DNA of 64,000 nucleotides from a virus (Duplodnaviria; Caudoviricetes), in IMG/VR virus record IMGVR_UViG_3300042451_000960; one strand, 5' to 3'. This document shows positions 27,443 through 37,000 of the stretch, one piece after another; position 1 is the stretch's first letter, and the number at the start of each line of letters is the position of its first letter. Below the pieces are notes generated by a model. It saw only the letters and a list, made by a program, of their open reading frames with translations, searched no databases and had not been told where the DNA came from. The position numbers were made by a program, and so were the translations under genes.

Positions 27443-28590
27443 TATAAGAATTTCTCTAATTCTTTAATTACCATATCAGATGTAATTAATTTAGTACATT
27501 CAAATTGTCTTTCAGTACCTTTGTGGTCTGGGCACCAATTCCAATCACCAGCATCTAAACGTATTCTATTGAAACATCCTTCACATTTCCCTTCCGGAGA
27601 ACCTATTCTAACACAATCTTTCATTTCTGCCCATTTATAAGAAAAACCACTAATTAAGACTGTAGGTACATCTAATGCCCAACTTAACCAACTTAACCCA
27701 CTACCAATTCCAATAAATGCTTTTGATTTTAATAATTCATCCATAACTAATTCAATTGGACCATCGGGGTGTTTGATAACTCCATTTGGAATTTTATTTC
27801 CCATATAATCATCACCTTCTTTGGATATAATTCTAACAACATACCCTCTTTCGTTTAACCAATCAACAACTTCTTGCCAACCTGTTGGATTATTCCAAAA
27901 CTTAGATTGTGCAGTACCAAACATACCAATACAAACTTGTTTTAAATTATAATCTTTTGTTATGTATCTTTCTTTTATTTTAGGTTTAATTTCTTCATAT
28001 TCTAATCCTAATATATCAGAACACATTTTTTGTAAAGTTGAACTTTTTGGGTCATTTGGATTTTTAAAAATGTTATGTGAATTATCTTCATTATAAAATA
28101 ACCCAACACAATACATAGCGTATAAATTTTCAACATTTGTACCCGGCTGTACGAATTCAATATGTGGATACCCATTTTCAAACATATCATTCATAAAAGT
28201 TGAAACAACAACTTTACATTTATGTTTTTTTCTGAATTCCTCTACATAAGCAAACCAAGCTAAAGAATCCCCAAGAGCTTTTGAATCTAATGCTATATAA
28301 ACTCTTTTTTCTTCTGCATTAAAATAATGTGTATGGAAATGATTATCGTTTTCATATATTTCTATACGCCAATCAATAAAATATTCTATACTACATCTAG
28401 ACCACATATTGTTTTCTATTTCAGAAGAAAATACAATTTTATCAGAATTATTATCAATAAAATTAATTTTATATTTTGCTTTTTTTGGTCCTTTTATTTC
28501 AACAAAAGGTCCTTTAACAAAATGAATTAATACTTTGTTTTTTATTTCAACAATATTATTGTGATTCTTTTTTAAATTATCGTAAATCAT
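27442..28590 (-). CDS. Aah/TibC (BAHT)-family protein O-heptosyltransferase
   Basis: ALGDSLAWF.Y.EEF.KKH.C; FIGIGSGLSWLSWA...P.VLISGFS; CEGCFN...WCPDHKGTERQFECTKLI (four-Cys iron site pattern). Start re-called at ATG 28590 (TAATG overlap). Confidence 0.85.
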   Translation of the reverse strand: MIYDNLKKNHNNIVEIKNKVLIHFVKGPFVEIKGPKKAKYKINFIDNNSDKIVFSSEIENNMWSRCSIEYFIDWRIEIYENDNHFHTHYFNAEEKRVYIALDSKALGDSLAWFAYVEEFRKKHKCKVVVSTFMNDMFENGYPHIEFVQPGTNVENLYAMYCVGLFYNEDNSHNIFKNPNDPKSSTLQKMCSDILGLEYEEIKPKIKERYITKDYNLKQVCIGMFGTAQSKFWNNPTGWQEVVDWLNERGYVVRIISKEGDDYMGNKIPNGVIKHPDGPIELVMDELLKSKAFIGIGSGLSWLSWALDVPTVLISGFSYKWAEMKDCVRIGSPEGKCEGCFNRIRLDAGDWNWCPDHKGTERQFECTKLITSDMVIKELEKFL

Positions 28591-30770
28591 TAATCCCAAG
28601 TTTTTATAGTTTCATCCAATAAAGAATATCCTTCTGCTTGTTTGGAGTACATTTTATTAGTAGTATATCTAGGTTTTGGATGGTGATAAAATATATGATT
28701 AAACCAAAGGTCGCCCACATCCCATTCACAATCTTTTATTCTATCCATCCACCAGCTTTTGTTTCTATTTGGAATTAAATAAGCGTGTGCAAGGTCTTGA
28801 TTGTGTCCTGTTTTTGTAAACAAATCATCAATTCTATATTTTTCTCGTGATGGGTTATCTGCCAATCCTATAAAATATACATCATCTCTTTCTGAAATAA
28901 AACAGGCTTTATGAACTATGTTTACAAATTCTTCTAACCCTGTGTAAATAAATGCATCGGCTTCAAATATTAAAGTATAATCGTAATTCGTATCATCTAT
29001 TGTTTCTATAGCGTTTCTATGTGCTAAATAACAACCATAATGTCTACCAGTTATCCAACCCAAACCAGCACCAGGATATAATTCACCAGGTTTATTATCT
29101 TTACTTAAATGCTCAGGTCTTCTACAATGTTCTGCCGGCGGTAACCCTTCATAAACCTTATTAACAATTGGTTGATAATCAATTCCATATTGACGTAATT
29201 GTTTTAAAGATTGAATAGATACTCTTTCACGCATATCATCCGGTCTTGTCAACATATGTTTTATTTGAATACGTGGTTTTTTACGAACAAAAGATAAAAA
29301 ATCTTTTTGAATCTGTCCATAAAAAAAGTGATTAGCTGCATCTGTTACTCCACTAAAAACTCCAAAATCATCTCCACTAATAATTCCACCAGGTTTTACT
29401 TTATGATACCATCTATCTAACTCACCTAATACAAAATCTCTACTATGCCCACCATCAATCATTATATAATCAATAGAATTATTTTGAAATAGTTTAGAAG
29501 CATTTTCTGATGTATCTTTTATAGTATTAAACGCTTCATAATTATTTGAAATAACTGTGTTATCAACGAATTCATAAAATATATCTCCATTGAAAGACCC
29601 TACAATATCTATGTGTAATTCTTCATCTCCAGTTCCTTTAAATGTATCTATTGTTGTAAATGAAATATTCTTTTTAGAATCTCTAATTTTTTTTGCTAAA
29701 TAATTTGTAGATTTTCCAAACCAAGAACCAACCTCAACAAATGTAGAATTAAAAGGTGCAGTTTCTACCATTCTATCATATAAATTTTCATATGAAAACC
29801 AACCAGGTATTTCGTAAAATTCAGGTTTTAATTTTTGAAGTAATAATTGTTTTGTTTTTTTAGTATCATCATCAATATATGTTACTAAATTATTGTTATC
29901 ATATGTATCCAAAAAAGTATGCAATCTTCTAAATAAGCATGGGAGCTTGTAAGAAAGAGCTTCCTTTACCGATAATGGATTTAACTCTAATATTGATGAA
30001 AAATAAAACAAATCAGATGCTGCATAAAATGTATCAACATCATTTCGCTCTCCCCATATAACACAATTATCAGGTTTATGTTTCATTAGTGGCAACCAGT
30101 AATTTTCAAAGTTCATAGCTTGGTTTCCAACAAAATGAAATTTAATTTTATATTTTTCCAATTGCCTTGCTACTGAAAATATTTCTTTTTGATTTTTGCC
30201 CGGTGAAAATAATCCAACATTTAAAATATGCTTCCAAGTTGGGTCAAATCCTAATTTTTTTTGCGCTTCTTCTTTATCAAAATTATATTCTTCAATGGGA
30301 TATTCCCAAAGTTGAGTTTCAACTCCTAAATTAGCATCATCAAATTTTTGTTTACTCCACTCAGATACCAAAACATATCTATCTGGATGATGTGTAATAT
30401 CTAATGGATTTGTAAATGAACCATGTGTTGTTGCTACGATAAAATATTTTCTTTTGTTATCAAATATTTTATCTAATATTTCATTTGATAAATCAAATTG
30501 TGGGATTTCTTGAAAATGAATTATATCAGGTTTGTAGTCTTTAATTATATCAAGTATTTTAGATTTATCCTCACCTAAAGTATGTACAATAGCTAAAGAT
30601 TTAATTCTATTTTTTTGAACTACAAACGCATCACCACCACTATTGTTTATTTCAACAACTTCAATATTAAAATCATTTAAAAAATGCTTTACTTGCTTAT
30701 ATGTATATTGTGGTTGTCCGCCTGTTGAAAGGTGTGGACATACATAAAGTAACTTTTTTCTATTTTTCAT
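28590..30770 (-). CDS. Tri-domain GT4 glycosyltransferase - class I SAM methyltransferase - GT25-like glycosyltransferase
   Basis: NVGLFSPGKNQ and ELNPLSVKE (E-x7-E); FVEVGSWFGKST, IMIDGGH, VKPGGIISGDD; HYGCYLAH...LIFEADA. Confidence 0.8.
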   Translation of the reverse strand: MKNRKKLLYVCPHLSTGGQPQYTYKQVKHFLNDFNIEVVEINNSGGDAFVVQKNRIKSLAIVHTLGEDKSKILDIIKDYKPDIIHFQEIPQFDLSNEILDKIFDNKRKYFIVATTHGSFTNPLDITHHPDRYVLVSEWSKQKFDDANLGVETQLWEYPIEEYNFDKEEAQKKLGFDPTWKHILNVGLFSPGKNQKEIFSVARQLEKYKIKFHFVGNQAMNFENYWLPLMKHKPDNCVIWGERNDVDTFYAASDLFYFSSILELNPLSVKEALSYKLPCLFRRLHTFLDTYDNNNLVTYIDDDTKKTKQLLLQKLKPEFYEIPGWFSYENLYDRMVETAPFNSTFVEVGSWFGKSTNYLAKKIRDSKKNISFTTIDTFKGTGDEELHIDIVGSFNGDIFYEFVDNTVISNNYEAFNTIKDTSENASKLFQNNSIDYIMIDGGHSRDFVLGELDRWYHKVKPGGIISGDDFGVFSGVTDAANHFFYGQIQKDFLSFVRKKPRIQIKHMLTRPDDMRERVSIQSLKQLRQYGIDYQPIVNKVYEGLPPAEHCRRPEHLSKDNKPGELYPGAGLGWITGRHYGCYLAHRNAIETIDDTNYDYTLIFEADAFIYTGLEEFVNIVHKACFISERDDVYFIGLADNPSREKYRIDDLFTKTGHNQDLAHAYLIPNRNKSWWMDRIKDCEWDVGDLWFNHIFYHHPKPRYTTNKMYSKQAEGYSLLDETIKTWD

Positions 30771-30780
30771 AACTTATTTA

Positions 30781-30812
30781 CAAATATACGATTTTTTTTT
30801 GGAATTTCCAAA
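30781..30812 (-). promoter_or_regulatory. Bacteroidota housekeeping-sigma promoter (TTTG-N20-TATATTTG) with palindrome over the -33 box
   Basis: TTTG at 30812-30809, TATATTTG at 30788-30781, 20-nt spacer; TTTGGAA-N-TTCCAAA inverted repeat 30798-30812. Confidence 0.75.
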
Positions 30813-31070
30813 TTATTTTTGAAACGTTACACTACCTTCATTCAGGTCTATTTCTCCATTTGGATATTTTTGATTCAAATCATTTAATAAAGTATCCAAT
30901 TCAACGGAAACTTGCTTATATTCAGTTTCCGCTCCCAATATGATTTTTTTAAGCTCTGATAATTCTAAATACAACTCCCCTATATTATATATAAGTTCGG
31001 TTTTTTTGGTTGAAAGGTTTTTTAAGTTAATTAGTTGATATTCTTCTAATTTTTCAGTTTGTAACTCCAT
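30813..31070 (-). CDS. Coiled-coil protein, paralog of 26614..27018 (possible fibre chaperone)
   Basis: IGELYLELSELK...LNQKYPNGEIDLNEGSVTF; directly after tail fibre gene. Confidence 0.65.
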   Translation of the reverse strand: MELQTEKLEEYQLINLKNLSTKKTELIYNIGELYLELSELKKIILGAETEYKQVSVELDTLLNDLNQKYPNGEIDLNEGSVTFQK

Positions 31071-31098
31071 ATGTTTTTATTTTAAATATATTTTAAAT

Positions 31099-34000
31099 TT
31101 ATAAAGAACCACTTATAAATGCTTCTAAACTAGAAACTTTTTGTGAAAGTTCTTGTATTGCTTTTACCATAGGTGATATAAATTCATTGTATGTAACAGA
31201 CCATCCAGCATTTTGTTGTTCTTCATCATACCATTGTTGATTGTAAAGAGTACCATCAGAACCTGTTATAGAACCACTTGCTATAATTTCTTCAATAGGT
31301 CTTTTATATTCTCTTTCTAATGATTTGATAAAAGAAGAACCCGTATTCAATCCTTTAAAATCATCAGATGTTTTTCCAAGCGATTCTAAAGCAGTTAATA
31401 CCTCTTGTGCAATAAATCCATATCTCGGTCTTTTTTTAGTACTTGATATGAAATTATATTTTACCGGTCTTAATTGTTTAATAAAATCCAAACCTAAATC
31501 GGAAGTGTAAATATTTTCTTTTAATTTTAAATCAGATAAATTATTAAAATTATCGGCATATATTTCATCCCAAAAAACTCCAGTACCCGAGTTACTACCC
31601 ATATCTTGAGTTCCATTATGTGGTCCACCAGCAGTTCCCCAGCGTGTATCGGCGGGGTGTACATCATCTATAAAATGCGCTTGATATATACTTCCGTATT
31701 TTGGTCTATACGCTAAATCCAATCTTCCATAGCCCGGACTTGCATCATTTCCAGAAATGAATATATTTCCTGCTAAATAAAGGCTTCCACGTGAATCTAT
31801 TGCATAGTTCGAAAATGCACCACCAGCGGCACCAAATGCCCAAAATTTAGATTGAGCTCCTTTTGCTTCAAAAATTATATCACTCGAACCAACTGATGTA
31901 GAAAGACGTGGAATTTGAACAAACGTTGATGTATCATTTGCTATCTGAATACCTCCAGTTGTAACTTCTACTATGTTTGTTGGTATTATAATAGTAAAAC
32001 TATTAGAATTATAACCAATTCCATTATCAGTTACAGCAGTATTAATACCAGAAGTATGTCCATAAAATACTTCAGGTAACTCTGTACCAAAACTATCTAC
32101 AGATACTGAACTTCCAGCTCTTGCGGATATTTGAATTGAATATCTAAATTTGTAATTTCCAGCAGAAGGGAAAGTAATAAATCTATCAGTAATTGCTGTA
32201 AATCCGCCGGTTGTGTATCCGGTATGAACGCCCGGTGTTGTATAATTACTATAAATCCAACTTGAACCATTCCACTCCCAATTATCAACACTGGTTGCGC
32301 TATAAGATGATACATTTTGTATCCAAACTCTAGCTATTTGACCCGTAGATTGGTTGACACCTTCTAAATACACATCAGCGCCAACAAACTTAGGACTTGC
32401 ATATCCATTTTGACTTTCCCCAGGATACGTTCCAGGATTATTTGGATTATTTGCGTTTGCATAAATGGTTTGTGATGATAAATTATCAATTTGTAAAACA
32501 CTAAATGTATAAAGATTAGTTAGTGCATAAGTACCTGCAGCAGGTATTGAATAATTTGTTGCAGTTTCAAAATTAGAAACATCTGCATATGAATACGGCC
32601 CATATTGCGTAGCAAATGTTCCAAATGCCGATACATCAGCTGGTGTTGTCCAATCCGGATATGGTGAACCATTTCCATTTGGTATATCACTTACACTTAC
32701 GTTTGAACCACCAACATTTGTCAAATAGTTTACAGGAGATATGTTTAATTTTTTTTCACCCGCTAAATAAAATCCAAGTTCAGGTACAGTAGGGTTTAAA
32801 ATAAGTTTTGAACCGGAATCTCGTAAGTTTCCACCCAATGCTTGTGATTCAATAATCCAATTTCCAATTCTACCATCGGTAGCTGAAATAGAACCTGTAA
32901 TAGAGAAATTATTTTCTTCAAATTTAATTTGGCTACCAATTGGATTACCAAATCTTACTCTACCACTACTATCCATATAAAATCCAGAACCACTATTAAA
33001 CGTTGCTGCTGTAGCAGAACGTATAATTCCACTACCCGTTCCACTTGTCTCAACACCCATAACTAAAGCTCTCGTAATAGTTGCGTCTTGAGCAAGTAAA
33101 ATATCAGTTGCTACTGAACTAAATTGTGCACCAAAAGATTCCCAATATGTTGTATTAGTTGGAAGATTACCCGTTGTATTTTGTTTTGTTAAATAATATG
33201 CGTTATTATATTTTACAATATCTCTACGAACACCTGCTGAAAAAATGTATGCAGTTGCTGCATTATATTCACCCCTATAAACCACACCAGGTCCAGTATC
33301 ACCAGCTGCTCCCGCTGCTCCTTGTTTGGATTTTGAAAAAGATTGAACTCTACTTAAAGAAAACAAATCTCCATTTATTTTCTTACCGGATAATGTATAA
33401 TTAATACTTGCCAAATCAGCTGTCATATTGGAATGATTACCAACTACTGCATAGTTACCACCATCGGTTACAGATCCGGCTGTAATATTGGTAACAGATG
33501 AGGATACTGCCCATTTACCCGGTGAAGTACCAACCCCATCATAATCCAATTGAGTTGCACCTTCATAAATGTATATATCAGTACCACTTCCAGCATAAGA
33601 TGAAACAGTTCCATCATTTGCTGCTGGTAAAGTATGAGATTCATTTGTTACTATTACGGTTAATGCATCACTTCCTTCTTTAACCCTTGCTATTGAAACA
33701 GTATCAGTTATTGAATCCGCTGTTGCACTAATTTCAACCAAAGTATTTGTACCAAAAGAACCCGTTCTTAAATAAACAATATTTCCGCTTGTTGTTGTAC
33801 TTCCACCCGTTGCAGAATCAAATAATGTTACGGATGGTGTTGTAGTCCAATTCGTTGTTGCGGAAATATTTTGTTTGTTTGAAGTTAATTCAATATAATT
33901 TGGAGAAAGCGAACCACTCTTTGTTTCAACAAATACTTGAGCAGATGCTTCTAATCTAAGTAACTTAGCTGCTATTGGTGCAATAGTCCAAGGACCGGAA

Positions 34001-37000
34001 CCAGGATAACCTGTTCCTACATTTGTATTATTTGTAGATGTGTGGTTAGAGTTTGCTGTCCATGTATTTCCACCATATGTAACAATATCGTTTGTGTAGT
34101 AAACAGTTGCATCAGCCCAAGCTCCCATTAAACGTCCTTCGTTTACGCCAGGGGATGATTGTTTTATTGAACCAACAATAGTCAAAGTACCACCATCCCA
34201 AAATAATCCCTTACCACTACCACCATATTCTTTAATTGAAAATCTTCCTGTTGTACCATTGACACCATCTTCGTACATTCCTAAAAATATACCAGGTCTA
34301 TTAAATCCAATAATACCAGTTCCAGATGTACCAGATGCGCCGGAAGTTGATGGGTTATATGTTGTACCAGATGTGCCCGCAGTACCTACAGTACCATGCT
34401 GACCAATTGAAATATATGGGTCAGGTCTACCACCTGCTATTACTATATTAGCAAATTTAGAAGTATTGTTATAAGTACCTACGTTAATTGAATTCTTAAC
34501 ATAAGATTCTTCAAATATAGCAATTTTAGCTGCTACAAAGAAATCTTGCTCACCCAAATACTGCCAATAATCGTTACTATTACCAACAGCAGGTGGGTAT
34601 TGATGTCCAATTAATACATATCCACCCGGTGGTGTTGCTCCAACATAATAATCAGATGTTGTTGGGTTTACATAAGTTGTAGGCCCACTTCCACTTAGTG
34701 CTGCAAAATAGTGAGTTGTATTATTACTACCAGATGGGTCAGGCCAAATAATTGCATCTCTACGATAATTTACTGTTTCATACGAACCAATATAATCTTC
34801 ATATTCACTATATTGACCTCTCATTACAATACCAGGTCCAGTTTCACCTTCAAATTGAACAGAGAATGATTGGGTTTTAAATGCTACTCCCTTTCCATTT
34901 TCAAAATCAATTCTATAAACAACAGACCCAATTGGATTTGAATCAGCGGTTGTCCAAGATACCAAATCACCAATTACAGCTCTACCAGCAACAATTGGTA
35001 AAACACTTTGAGATACCAACCCACCAGCTAATCCTAAATAAGCTGATTTTGAATGTATAGTTACTTGATATTCTCCCAACGAACCAATTTCATTTGAAAA
35101 TATATCTAAAGTTTGTGGACCAAATGGGTTAGCATGAGTTAATTGTGTTATTCCTTTTGTTGCATTTATAGTTGTTCCAGTTCCACCCAATTCAACTTCA
35201 CCAGAAACTCTATAAATAATAGAAACGTTATCATTAGTTAAAGTTGCGTTATATGATGGAACACCTTGTTGTAAACCTGTAAGTGTTAATGATGCTTGTG
35301 CTGTAATTGGTTGTGTTGAACTTATGTTACCATCTCTAACTTGTACTACCCATAGTGCGGTTTCGCCTGGTGCAACAGAGTCACCAGAAGCTATTGTTGC
35401 TATGTTTGATGCTTGTATTGGTGTATATGCTACATTATCTTTTAAAAATTGATAATAAGCTGAACCGGTAAAGTTGGTAACTGTTGCCGTTAATTCTATA
35501 TCTCCCGCTGGTGATACTACAACACCATCACTATCAAAACTTACAAAATTTGAAGTTGCTGATAATGTTACTCCTCTTGAATCCGCGCCATCTAATAGTT
35601 TAGTAAAGTTTTGAACTTTATTTATTACCGATGAAGTATATTGATGACCAGGTCCTAGTGAATATGGATATGCAATTATATTATATGTTACACTACCTGT
35701 TCTTGGTCCTTGATTAAAATTGTGAAATCTTATTAATGCCCTATCACCATTAAATGATGCTGTTAATGATGCCGTAAATACATTAGTTTGTTCAAAATTA
35801 TCAACATAGAATGTACCAGGTTGATAAGACCAAGAATTATAAAGTAAATATTTATTTCCTTCTTTAATTCGTAATGTAGTATTAGATGATGCATAATTTG
35901 ATACAACTCCGTTTTCATCAGCATTTAAAACAACGGATTCGGGTGTTAATGATACTTCTAATTGTGGTGTACCATCTAATATTTTTGTAAATTGTTGAAC
36001 TACACTTCCCGTATAAATTGATGATGTATAAAATGGTTGTATTTCAAGATTATATGTAACACTACCACTTAAATTGTTCATACCACTAGCTGCGCCTATA
36101 AACAAAGAACCTGTGTAATTTGCATTAAAGCCCGGTGGTATTGGGTTTATAATTTTACCAGGTATAATATTAGAACCAGTTATACTGCCTGAAACAATAA
36201 AGAAAGTTCCTTCACCTTTACTTGCTGTAAAATTAAGATACCTAGAGCCTTGTTTTAATCTTATTTGTGTTACTGATGATGAATAACTATTTACAAAACC
36301 TTCTGCTGTTGCATTAAGAGATACCAATGCAGGAGTTACTTCAAAAATAATTGTTTCATCTCCCGGCTTACCTTCTGGTATAATAGTGAATGTTTTATCT
36401 AAACTTATAGATGCAGAAGTCCAAGGTTCAGTATATGTAAATGTAATTGTTAAATTTTTACTTTGCTTATTAGATTGCCCTATATATGAATTTAGTGGTA
36501 ATGAATCAATTACATTTTTATTTTCATCTCTTGCTATTACGGAAATAGTTTTATCTGCACTTTGTGTTGTATAATAAAACCAATATTCAGGAACATAATC
36601 TTTATTAATTGACATCGAAGGGAATACCCTAAACGATGCTGTTATTGCGTTGGTTGTTCCTCTTTCAAAAAATGAAGCCGTAGCAAATGCAAATGATGGT
36701 CTAAAATTTATTTCATTTCTTGGATTTATAGCAAATGTATCAGCATTAAATACTATACTTGGTGTATCCAAACCATCTTGCAAATCTTCTAAAATAATAG
36801 ATGCTAAAACCGAACCAGATACTGCATATGCCGGTGAAGCTGCTGCAGATGATGATGGCATTAAATAAATAATTCTCCTAAAATCTATTGAATCTCTATC
36901 AAATACTGCATTATAGTTAATTTCTTTAGAACCCAACGAACCAGTTATTATTCCTCTGATATATTTGCTTGATGATGCCAATGATAAAGGAATAAATTTT

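Noticed and set aside
28591-28599. ORF-track start of the heptosyltransferase at 28599
   Set aside because: ATG 28590 forms a TAATG overlap like many other genes here.
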